Shown here: positions 1 to 8,042 of the stretch, in pieces | How positions within the stretch are numbered: position 1 is the stretch's first letter | How the letters are laid out: the number at the start of each line of letters is the position of its first letter | IMG/VR virus record: IMGVR_UViG_3300032226_000230 | Coordinates: 1 to 27,270 of that record | Origin: a virus | Taxonomy: Duplodnaviria > Caudoviricetes | DNA length: 27,270 nucleotides | Strand: one strand, 5' to 3' | Translations under genes and position numbers: made by a program | The notes under the pieces: generated by a model | Database searches by the model: none | The model's input: the letters and a program-made list of their open reading frames with translations, nothing else | What the model was told of the DNA's origin: nothing

Positions 1-3000
1 GGCATAACTGATCCAGGCTGGGCAACAAAAGTCAATGTCACAAACTGTTTGTTCTGCACAGTGGTCACAGTACCACTAGTAACAGTGTAAACAGATTCTG
101 TCAATACCAATCCGGCCCATGCTGCTGGAGCTTGACTGGATGCAAGTGTTGCAGTAATTACTCCAGTTGTTCCGCTTAATGTAATATCAGAATTCACATC
201 GCTAGAATAGTCTGTGGCGTAGTCTATCAATCCAATCTGCATTCCATCAAAGATGCCGTCTCGGTAGAAAAACAAACTGATCCAAGGACTCTTACTAACT
301 CGATTGAGTGGACGAATAATTGTACGTCTAAAGTCGTCGCCTTTGATTGTAATGTTGGCAGATATCTTAATAGGATAGTCTTCGTAGTAGATACCGCTTT
401 CAACAAAAATAGTAACGTTTTGAACTGCTACACTTTCAGCATAACTTAATGTTTCTCCTGGTATAAAGAATCCAGGTTGTAACATGTTGACATTGATAGT
501 ATCGTAGGTCAAACTTCCACCAGGTGTATAACTTAGTATCACACCACTGGCTCCAGAAGTTTCACCAATCAATATTTTTCCAGCTATGATGTGACCAGAA
601 CCCGCTTGGCCTTGATCAACACTGCCCTGGCCACCGTTTAACATTTGTATGGTGTAGTAACCCGAACCAAATGTACCTGTTGGCGCAGCACTTAGACCAT
701 TTTGAATGATGTTTAAAATTGTTGCATAAGATGCACCAGTTTGGTTAACTGCATTGGAAAAGTTTGTGTCACTTGCAACAGTGGCCTTGCTAGTGTCTAC
801 AAAAAATGCCTTGCTCAATGCATATGTTAAACCAGATGGAGTCCCAACACTGGTCACAATAGCTGACCCATTCAGATTTGTCAAAGTGAATGTTGTTGAG
901 CCATTGGTTGCACTGATTAGGTAAGATGTTGGATTGGTATAGCCAGTTATGCTTCCACCGCCGGCCTTAACACCACTAATGGTCACAGTTTGTCCAACTG
1001 CCAGTGTTGCGGCATTACAGCTAAATTGACCCTTGATGCCAGTAATTGATACACCACTAATTATTATACTAGCATAATAACTGTTTTGTACAATGACAGT
1101 TTGAAAACGCAATCTTGTGGTTTGTTTTAAAACTTGATCAGCTAGGCTCTGCGCAAATTTGATAGCATCGATGGTTGGGTTTGCTTGCACACCAGTGATT
1201 GCTGTGATTGCTGATGCATTTCTATAGTAAGAATTTCCAGCGTTAACTGTTTGATATGTGGCCGGAACTCCAGGAGTACCTGTAACAAGATCAATGGTTA
1301 CAGCATCTACAATCAACCCAAGATCTCGGTAGCAGGTAGATTCGTTGTAATTCAACCCACCAGTGTAGGTAGTAAGCAAGTAATTGATAACATAACTTGA
1401 AATGTTTGCTGACGAATTGGTAATAATGTTCCAAGCACCCAATGGCTTGGCTGTGTTAAACAAAATGCCCGTATAAGATGTCAGCGAAGGATACTGTATA
1501 ACATAAGTGTTGGTTGTTGTTGAAATTGTTGTGCTGGTAACACTTTGATAGTTGGCAATAACATCAAGCAGTAATCCAAACAAATTGGTTATGTATGTAG
1601 AAGCTCCGCTTGCGCTTGACCAGCTTGCTTGAAAGGCCGCTGGTGACAATGAATTTCCAGCGTATGTTGTGACTGCACTGTTGGCAATCAATGCCAATAC
1701 TTCGTTTTGTAATTCTTGAATTGCTAGATAACATTCGCCAGTTGATGGATTGTTGCTACCAGGGGCTAACTGCAAAACACCATCGTGCCAGAACTGTGAA
1801 GCCACATATGCTGTGGCCGCGTTTCCAATGCTGGCGCCGTAGGTCAAATCATAACAAATTGCTTCCAGTATGTAAGTTACGTCTCTTGCACTTTGTGAAC
1901 GGCTAAATGAAACTGCTGGGAACGCATTTTCAATATATGCATTGATGTTGGCCGCAAGGAAGCCGTTGCTTATGTTGGCCACAATAACTCGTCTTGCGTC
2001 ATTGTTGGCTTCAATGTTGGTATCTGTATATAACGGAATCGCTGGTCTTGCAGGCAACCCAAAAGTCAACATGTTAAGGATCACATTGAATTTTGCGTAT
2101 ATGGTGTTTTGTGTGGTAGGATTATCTGCAGGAGATCCCAGTAGGGTCTTGTCAATGAATCCAGATATACTTCTTAGGTAACCATTTGATCCAACTGCTT
2201 TTGCTCGCAGTGCAGTAACATTGCCAGAACTAACGGAAGTAATTAGATTAAAAGCTGTGAGTAAATTACCTGCACTAGGCAATACAGGCGCAGTGCCATA
2301 AACTCCAATGTTGATGTTTGAAGAATTATTGAAAGCAACCACATTTGAATTATCTGTAAGTATGCTTACAATGGTTGTTGTGTTGGCAGCAATGCTGGGA
2401 ATAGCAACTGATCCGTCTTGGAAAGTTTCGTTGGTGTATTGGAAAATACTTTGCTGATAAACAATATCCGGTTTTAAGTTTGCAACAATTTTTTGTGCAA
2501 TTACTCCAAGATAATTTAACGCTGCAATACATGCAGTTCTTTGAGTGTCGCCAGTCAAGTAACTGCTTGAACCGTCGGCCTGCCAGTATCTATTTCCAGC
2601 GTAAGTACTCTGGCTGTTACCACCGTATGTCAAATCGTATACCAATGCTAGAACATTAAATTCAATATCTCGCTTGCTTAGTAATTTGTTGTAGTCAAGT
2701 GATGAAAACTTTGATGTCAGGAATCCAGTAATTTCTGCTTGAATAAATGGTATGTTGTTCAATAGCAGCTGCCCAGCACTGATTAGACCAACGGTAGTGT
2801 ATGCGGATGCTGGAAAACTTGGTGTAGGTAAGTTTTCATTTGCATTCTCAGTCAATATTGTTTTGATAATCAACGCAGCATTTTTTTGCAAACTTGCAGT
2901 GATACTGGAGTTGTTTATCTTATTAATTAAATTGTTAATTAAATTATTTTTAACAATGGTTCCACTACTACCGCTGCCAGTAGTTGCGCAAGCAAATTCA

Positions 3001-4754
3001 ACAAATGTAGGACCAACCGCAGTTACAGTCCAGTATCCATTGTTATTTGTATTGGCATCCGAGCTGTTGTAACCACTGGTACTTACCCCAGCCACAATAA
3101 TTTGTTCTCCAACTATAAACGGAATTGTTGACTGTTGATTAAACTGAATAGTGGCAGTGGTTCCAGTTCCAGAAGCACTGGTAATGCTGATGCTTGTGGT
3201 ATCCAATAAACTAACAATTTCTGATGCGTCAAAATCTGCTATGTCACTAGATTTGCTGTTGTTGGCATAAGGAAAATATAAACCAGCCAATATGCTTTGA
3301 TAATTGGAACCCACGGCAAAATCATAACATAATGCGTAGATAATTTTTTCTATGTAATTTTGTAAAGATGTGTTGCTGTTGTAATCAACTGAGAAGTTTA
3401 AAATCTGATTGCGAATTTGTATCACAGCATCTTGAATCTGTGACAAATTATTTTTAATAATATCACTGTTGTAATCGTAGAAAAAGTTACTGGCTTTGGT
3501 TGTTACATTGTATGTGGAATTCAAAGCCAAATCATATGCCACTGCTGACACAATGTCAGTAACAAATGTTGACCATCTATTTTGATCAAACTCAAATTTG
3601 TTTACATATTTTTTATTCAAATACGAAATTGTTTCAGATTGAATAAATGCTCGGTTGTGTTGTAATAGACTGGATGCGTCTAGGAAACCTTGTACTTGAC
3701 TGCTACCTTGAGTTAAGCCAACTAGGTATCCTTGCGATCTGGCTTGATCAGTGTTAACAGTACTTTCAAATTGGTTTGGGCCAACTGTGTAATAAATCTT
3801 TTGACGATACGGGCCAGTTTCTAAACTGGATAAGTTTATTAAGCTGTAAGCCCTTAAAGCAGCTGCGCCCACAGTTGCATAAGCGTAATGCCAAGCACGG
3901 CCTTCTCGACCTATTGGCGTGTTGGTTTGTAAATCATCGCCCTTGGTAGTAACAAACAAATTGACACCGCTGTAAAATGTATTGTTATCCACATAGTATT
4001 TGGTAGCGGCTTGTAAATCATCGTTAGACTCAACAACACCAACACCGCTTAGTGGGCTTGGATGATCGCTAAGAGTCAGCGCACCAGTCATGGAGTCGCC
4101 ACCACGCAACACCAAATCTTGACGTTGCACAGCTTCCGTTGCAAGATAATTTCCACTCAGTGTGGAATCATACCCAGTAACTCCCAATTGCGGTGTTAGT
4201 GGTTGGTCGCGAACTTTTAAGGCTCCAACAATGGCTCCGTTGGAAACTTGCAGGTAGTTGTTGTTGGCGTATCCAACAGTGACTGGCAATGACTCCAGAG
4301 TTGTTGTAATATTATTAGAAACGTTGTAAGCGTTGGAATTGAACGCAGCAACCAATGATTGGCTTGGGCTAACTAGGTTCACAATGCTGAAAGCATTCGC
4401 GGCATTTAGACTTCCGCCCAATGTTGGGTTTTGGTCAGCTTGTAAATTAGAAGTGGGTGGTCTAAAAATAATTTTGTTGGGATTGCTGGTATCGATTTCA
4501 AAAGCACCAGTACTTGCACCAACTTCAATGGTTCTAGCACTTAGACCGCCACCAGTGGTAGCAGCCATGATAACCTGATTAGCTGAATAGCTGGCCGGAG
4601 CATCTGCCAAGTTTGTAAATTTAAGTGTGCCGCCGCCGCCAAATATGGCGTAAAGTTCTGTAAAGTTGGTATTAACTTTATTAAAACTTGTACGGATACT
4701 GTCACCAGTTCCGTCATTGCCTTGTACGCCAATATCAATTAGTTGTTGTGTCAT
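1..4754 (-). CDS. Giant virion structural protein (baseplate wedge/tail-fibre-like, T4 gp9/gp10-type N-terminus), >1580 aa, runs off the left edge
   Basis: Manual translation from ATG 4754 gives MTQQLIDIGVQGNDGTGDSIRTSFNKVNTNFTELY, the gp9/gp10-like DGTGD..R..F.K.N.NF.ELY motif. The same frame is open at the window start (...VQNKQFVTLTFVAQPGSVM). It is absent from the ORF track, consistent with no stop codon in the window. It contains ATKYYVD, repeated (C)xRD...DL..GGN units and VFVESGIYYEDYPIKISANITIKGDDFRRTIIRP (start of a beta-helix-like domain). Confidence 0.85.
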   Translation of the reverse strand, partial: MTQQLIDIGVQGNDGTGDSIRTSFNKVNTNFTELYAIFGGGGTLKFTNLADAPASYSANQVIMAATTGGGLSARTIEVGASTGAFEIDTSNPNKIIFRPPTSNLQADQNPTLGGSLNAANAFSIVNLVSPSQSLVAAFNSNAYNVSNNITTTLESLPVTVGYANNNYLQVSNGAIVGALKVRDQPLTPQLGVTGYDSTLSGNYLATEAVQRQDLVLRGGDSMTGALTLSDHPSPLSGVGVVESNDDLQAATKYYVDNNTFYSGVNLFVTTKGDDLQTNTPIGREGRAWHYAYATVGAAALRAYSLINLSSLETGPYRQKIYYTVGPNQFESTVNTDQARSQGYLVGLTQGSSQVQGFLDASSLLQHNRAFIQSETISYLNKKYVNKFEFDQNRWSTFVTDIVSAVAYDLALNSTYNVTTKASNFFYDYNSDIIKNNLSQIQDAVIQIRNQILNFSVDYNSNTSLQNYIEKIIYALCYDFAVGSNYQSILAGLYFPYANNSKSSDIADFDASEIVSLLDTTSISITSASGTGTTATIQFNQQSTIPFIVGEQIIVAGVSTSGYNSSDANTNNNGYWTVTAVGPTFVEFACATTGSGSSGTIVKNNLINNLINKINNSSITASLQKNAALIIKTILTENANENLPTPSFPASAYTTVGLISAGQLLLNNIPFIQAEITGFLTSKFSSLDYNKLLSKRDIEFNVLALVYDLTYGGNSQSTYAGNRYWQADGSSSYLTGDTQRTACIAALNYLGVIAQKIVANLKPDIVYQQSIFQYTNETFQDGSVAIPSIAANTTTIVSILTDNSNVVAFNNSSNINIGVYGTAPVLPSAGNLLTAFNLITSVSSGNVTALRAKAVGSNGYLRSISGFIDKTLLGSPADNPTTQNTIYAKFNVILNMLTFGLPARPAIPLYTDTNIEANNDARRVIVANISNGFLAANINAYIENAFPAVSFSRSQSARDVTYILEAICYDLTYGASIGNAATAYVASQFWHDGVLQLAPGSNNPSTGECYLAIQELQNEVLALIANSAVTTYAGNSLSPAAFQASWSSASGASTYITNLFGLLLDVIANYQSVTSTTISTTTNTYVIQYPSLTSYTGILFNTAKPLGAWNIITNSSANISSYVINYLLTTYTGGLNYNESTCYRDLGLIVDAVTIDLVTGTPGVPATYQTVNAGNSYYRNASAITAITGVQANPTIDAIKFAQSLADQVLKQTTRLRFQTVIVQNSYYASIIISGVSITGIKGQFSCNAATLAVGQTVTISGVKAGGGSITGYTNPTSYLISATNGSTTFTLTNLNGSAIVTSVGTPSGLTYALSKAFFVDTSKATVASDTNFSNAVNQTGASYATILNIIQNGLSAAPTGTFGSGYYTIQMLNGGQGSVDQGQAGSGHIIAGKILIGETSGASGVILSYTPGGSLTYDTINVNMLQPGFFIPGETLSYAESVAVQNVTIFVESGIYYEDYPIKISANITIKGDDFRRTIIRPLNRVSKSPWISLFFYRDGIFDGMQIGLIDYATDYSSDVNSDITLSGTTGVITATLASSQAPAAWAGLVLTESVYTVTSGTVTTVQNKQFVTLTFVAQPGSVM

Positions 4755-4757
4755 TTA

Positions 4758-5081
4758 TTAAACTCCGAAACTGCTACCGCAGCCGCATGTTGTTGTTGCA
4801 TTGGGATTCTTTATGTTAAAACTGCTGCCCATTAAATCTTCTTTATAATCTATCTCAGCGCCTGACAAATATTGCATACTCATTGCATCTATCAGTAACT
4901 TGAATTCGTCCAAAGGTATTTCAAAATCGTCTTCGTTGATTATTTCATCAAATGTGAACCCGTAGCTGAATCCACTACATCCGCCGCCCTGGACAAATGT
5001 ACGCAACGATAAGTTGGGATTTGCTTCTTCGTAGAGAAGATCTTTGATTTTTGACTTTGCTGATTCTGTAATTGTGATCAC
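4758..5081 (-). CDS. erpA: A-type Fe-S cluster carrier ErpA/IscA (HesB family)
   Basis: [11 protein letters not shown] and C-terminal [14 protein letters not shown] motifs; GTG start. Confidence 0.95.
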   Translation of the reverse strand: MITITESAKSKIKDLLYEEANPNLSLRTFVQGGGCSGFSYGFTFDEIINEDDFEIPLDEFKLLIDAMSMQYLSGAEIDYKEDLMGSSFNIKNPNATTTCGCGSSFGV

Positions 5082-5100
5082 AATTTGGCCCTCGATATGG

Positions 5101-5137
5101 TATTTATCAAATGCTTTTTATAACCTTAATGTAAATA
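5101..5137. promoter_or_regulatory. Divergent T4-late-like promoters: GATAAATA (-, 5101-5108) toward erpA and GTAAATA (+, 5131-5137) toward the Zn-finger gene
   Basis: Match to the TAAATA core of the T4 late promoter TATAAATA, in the only intergenic gap here. Confidence 0.6.
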
Positions 5138-5142
5138 CAACT

Positions 5143-5439
5143 ATGTATATTGGACAAGAATACTCGCAACAAAGTCACTATCGTACCAGCAAGTACGGCA
5201 CAGTACACGCTTACTTGAGAAAAAAGACGGTGCTGATTTTTCGCTGTGATAGTTGCAGCGGAATTTTCAAACGAGACAAGGGCAATATGAATCCCAAGCG
5301 TTTGAATAATTTAGTCTATCATGTTTGTGGAAACTGCGATCCCAAGCGTTTTGCTCAAGAAAAAGGTGTTGAAGCACGTAAAGTTTGGGACATGCCCGTG
5401 AGCAGTCTTAAGACGCTAGGCCAATTCGGGAACTTATGA
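5143..5439 (+). CDS. Small putative zinc-binding protein (98 aa)
   Basis: CDSC...HVCGNC motif; start reassigned to ATG 5143 (MYIGQEY), 5 nt after TAAATA. Confidence 0.7.
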   Translation: MYIGQEYSQQSHYRTSKYGTVHAYLRKKTVLIFRCDSCSGIFKRDKGNMNPKRLNNLVYHVCGNCDPKRFAQEKGVEARKVWDMPVSSLKTLGQFGNL

Positions 5440-5968
5440 TGTTCCAATTCATTATTTTCCACTGGTTAGCAAGGTAACCTTTTTTGTCTGCTTGGTAGTC
5501 CAATGCCCACGCATGTTCCCACCAATCTACCAACAGCACAATGTCCATACGGATTTCATGGTTCTTGATGGTTTTGATTGAGCCATCTCTTGCTAGGTAT
5601 GCCCATCCTGAACCTTGGATTTTCATGGCTTCTTTTTCAAATGCATCTACAAATTTATCAAAAGTTTTAAAATGTTTCGTGATAAATTCACTGGCTGAGC
5701 CAGTGGGTTCATTTGATCTAGTGGGTTTTTGGAATTGGGTAAAGTACAAGTCGTGTAAAAATGCACCCGCTTCATTAAAGTCAGCATCGCCTTCTCCGTC
5801 GTTAAAACGGTTAACGTAGCTCTTGTATAATGTGCCATAATGATACTTGATAGTATCCTCACTTTTACTGGGCTCTAAATCATCCTTGGCATAGGGCAGT
5901 TTGGTTTGCACCAATGTCTTGGGTGTTTTGCCTTCGTTCAGTGTTATATGCTTAATAAAGTTGTACAT
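5408..5968 (-). CDS. sod: Fe/Mn superoxide dismutase
   Basis: LPYAKDDLEP, YHY, FLHDLYF, GSGWAYL and DWWEHAW motifs; all four metal ligands (H,H,D,H) present. Confidence 0.92.
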   Translation of the reverse strand: MYNFIKHITLNEGKTPKTLVQTKLPYAKDDLEPSKSEDTIKYHYGTLYKSYVNRFNDGEGDADFNEAGAFLHDLYFTQFQKPTRSNEPTGSASEFITKHFKTFDKFVDAFEKEAMKIQGSGWAYLARDGSIKTIKNHEIRMDIVLLVDWWEHAWALDYQADKKGYLANQWKIMNWNIISSRIGLAS

Positions 5969-5973
5969 AATGA

Positions 5974-5989
5974 TATTTATTCATAAATA
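5974..5989. promoter_or_regulatory. Back-to-back late-type promoters AATAAATA (-) and CATAAATA (+)
   Basis: tatttatt-cataaata lies between the divergent sod and 6010 genes. Confidence 0.6.
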
Positions 5990-6009
5990 CTCTACAGGAG
6001 GAACAAATC

Positions 6010-6264
6010 ATGTTCAATAAAATTAAAGAGTTCTTTACAGGCAAACCAGCAGTGGTAGAGGCTCCAGCTCCAGTAGCTGAATACAAAGTAGAAGCACCAT
6101 TAGTGGTAGCACCAGTGGTAGAAGTAGCACCAGTGGTAGAAGTAGCACCAGTGGTAGAAGTAGCACCGGTAGTGGCCGAAGCACCAGCCAAGAAAAAGCC
6201 AGCAGCTAAGAAAACACCAGCGCCCAAAAAACCACGTGCTAAAAAAACGCCTAAATCAGTTTAA
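6010..6264 (+). CDS. Ala/Pro/Val-rich protein with basic histone-like C-terminal tail
   Basis: Strong SD AGGAGG; (PVVEVA)n repeats followed by KKKPAAKKTPAPKKPRAKK. Confidence 0.8.
   Translation: MFNKIKEFFTGKPAVVEAPAPVAEYKVEAPLVVAPVVEVAPVVEVAPVVEVAPVVAEAPAKKKPAAKKTPAPKKPRAKKTPKSV
6106..6167 (+). repeat. 18-bp in-frame tandem repeat GTAGCACCAGTGGTAGAA, about 3.4 copies
   Basis: Perfect units at 6106, 6124 and 6142 plus a partial unit; encodes VAPVVE. Confidence 0.9.
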
Positions 6265-7282
6265 GTTCTAGTGCCCGGTTGTACACTTGGGCACTGGATA
6301 GATTTTTGCCTTTGCTTTCGCACATGATATCAAACTGCTCCCAGAAGCTGAGAGCCCAGTCAGTCACAGGCTGATTCCAATACCAATCGCTGTGTGCCCG
6401 CATCTTTTGCTTTTTGTAACCAGATGCCAATAGCTGAGCATGGTCTGGCAACACATCCACCGGATGATCCACTAACACATCTTCTCTGCTCACACTGTAA
6501 TGGCATACTGGACGCACACCACGCCATGAATCGATCATGCGCTTGACTCTGTCGTCATTGGGCTGAATGTATTCTCCGGTACGGATCCAGTGATGGTGAA
6601 TGTCCAACACCAAGGCACAATGATCCACTAACTCAATGCTGGAATCTACTCCCCATGAATTTTCATCATTCTCAATGGTAATACAGTTGCGAGCTTCGGG
6701 ACTCAGTTTTTTCAGAGTTTCTTTGATACCTTCAGGCCCACGCTTGCCTGAAATATGCACATTGATCTTCATGTCCTGGAATGTTTTACCAAAGCCCATC
6801 CAGCGAGCCATGTCCGCATGATACTCGAATTCTTCGATGCTTCTTTCCACAATACCGGGATTTTCTGAAGCTAGCACACAAAACTGTCCAGGATGAAAAC
6901 TGATACGCACATCATGCTTGCGAGCTGCTTCTCCTACTGGGGCAAAGATGCGTTCGCAATGCTGTTGCTGATCCGGATGTTGCCACCAGTTGATCCAATC
7001 TTTTTCAGTATAGCCACTCAGCATTTCGCTTCCAATGCGCATCATTCTGCGCTCGGGTGGTAGTTGAGCCACACGTTCAATCTGTTTAACAGCAGCCGCA
7101 GTATTGTGGTTCATCAAATCATATTGACGCTGTTCGGCTTCTAGCGGATGTTCGCGTAACCAACGCATGGTGGTACTGCGACCATTCAGTTCTCTATTAG
7201 CGGCATTTACTTTCATGCCTCTCACTTCACTGGCATCGTCGAGCCATTTGCAAGCATAACCAATTCGTTTTATGTGTGTCAT
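6251..7282 (-). CDS. uvsE: UV-damage endonuclease UvsE/UVDE
   Basis: RIGYACK, RISFHPGQFCVLAS, ITIENDE, LVLDIHHHW, HYS, AHSD and DIMCESKGK motifs; start reassigned to ATG 7282. Confidence 0.93.
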   Translation of the reverse strand: MTHIKRIGYACKWLDDASEVRGMKVNAANRELNGRSTTMRWLREHPLEAEQRQYDLMNHNTAAAVKQIERVAQLPPERRMMRIGSEMLSGYTEKDWINWWQHPDQQQHCERIFAPVGEAARKHDVRISFHPGQFCVLASENPGIVERSIEEFEYHADMARWMGFGKTFQDMKINVHISGKRGPEGIKETLKKLSPEARNCITIENDENSWGVDSSIELVDHCALVLDIHHHWIRTGEYIQPNDDRVKRMIDSWRGVRPVCHYSVSREDVLVDHPVDVLPDHAQLLASGYKKQKMRAHSDWYWNQPVTDWALSFWEQFDIMCESKGKNLSSAQVYNRALELKLI

Positions 7283-7440
7283 TACCAGTGCCTTATCACG
7301 CCTAAGATTATAAAAATGTTTGTAAGTAAGTATGATAACACAATTAAGGTGCGAATGCAAGCAATTCGATCCGATTCCTCGTCCGAACTGCCTGATTTTT
7401 CACCCAACGCTTTAGCCCACAGGCGCCAAAGTTTATGCAA
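7282..7440 (-). CDS. Small single-TM phage protein (52 aa), not in ORF track
   Basis: TTG start: MHKLWRLWAKALGEKSGSSDEESDRIACIRTLIVLSYLLTNIFIILGVIRHW. It overlaps the queD stop and the uvsE start (TAATG). The WAKALGEK...IRHW pattern resembles small proteins of T4-like aquatic phages. Confidence 0.8.
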   Translation of the reverse strand: MHKLWRLWAKALGEKSGSSDEESDRIACIRTLIVLSYLLTNIFIILGVIRHW

Positions 7441-7939
7441 ATAAATCTTCATTCCATTCGCGATGACCTTCTCGGAAAGCCATGTTACTTTGAGTTTCCC
7501 TGACTTCTACGCGATAGCACCACAAACGAGCCGATTCCCCAGGACCCCACATTTCTGGAATGTAGACACCATTCACATACTTGTACAGCATGTCTGCCAA
7601 ACTCTCGCAACCCATTTTTGGAAGAATAGTTAGTTTAGCCATTTTCTTTTCTTGCAACAGTTTGTATGTTTCAAGTTCTGGATCATCTTCTGCCACTAAC
7701 AGTGTGTGGTCAAACTGATTTTCTAATACTGCTTTGAGTTCTTTTAAGCCACCATAATCAGCTGCCCAATTACGAACGTCCAACTCATTTGTGCCAAAAA
7801 AGAACTTCATTGAAAAACTGTAACCATGAATCAAGTTACAGTGACTATCAGCCCTCCACTGGCGATAGGCGCATGGAAATGCGTCGTGATATTCTTTGGT
7901 GCTGGTGTACTTGTACTGTACAGGTTGTAGATTTGCCAT
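7433..7939 (-). CDS. queD: 6-pyruvoyl-tetrahydropterin synthase / QueD-like T-fold enzyme
   Basis: HCNLIHGYS, FDHTLL, CESLA and VEVRET motifs. Confidence 0.85.
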   Translation of the reverse strand: MANLQPVQYKYTSTKEYHDAFPCAYRQWRADSHCNLIHGYSFSMKFFFGTNELDVRNWAADYGGLKELKAVLENQFDHTLLVAEDDPELETYKLLQEKKMAKLTILPKMGCESLADMLYKYVNGVYIPEMWGPGESARLWCYRVEVRETQSNMAFREGHREWNEDLFA

Positions 7940-8007
7940 TGTTGTTTTCCTTTGTTAACAATGACACGCAGAGTTTATATTGCGGGATGAGCGTCTAAGT
8001 CCGCATA
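7935..8007 (-). ncRNA. Structured 5' leader of queD (candidate riboswitch or translational operator)
   Basis: P1 UGCGG/CCGCA; loop GACGC pairs with downstream GUGUC; alternative helix GUCAUUGUU/AACAAUGGC covers the AUG. Confidence 0.5.
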
Positions 8008-8012
8008 ATGTA

Positions 8013-8040
8013 ATTATACGCTTTTATACAGCAAGGTCAA
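8013..8040 (-). promoter_or_regulatory. sigma70-like early promoter for queD-uvsE
   Basis: TTGACC-N16-TATAAT followed by TACATT. Confidence 0.75.
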
Positions 8041-8042
8041 GT

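Noticed and set aside
1691-4738. Short ORFs listed in the track over the first 4.7 kb
   Set aside because: They are antisense or out-of-frame shadows of the giant minus-strand gene.
6106-6167. Repeat considered as a CRISPR array or iteron set
   Set aside because: There are no spacers; it is an in-frame coding tandem repeat.
7332-7360. TTGCAT-N17-TATCAT promoter-like match and the extended uvsE start at 7360
   Set aside because: Both lie inside the 52-aa coding gene 7282..7440, and uvsE is coupled to that gene by TAATG.
7940-8007. Assignment of the queD leader to the known preQ1-I class
   Set aside because: Loop length and sequence do not fit the preQ1-I consensus by eye, so it is kept only as an unclassified candidate.
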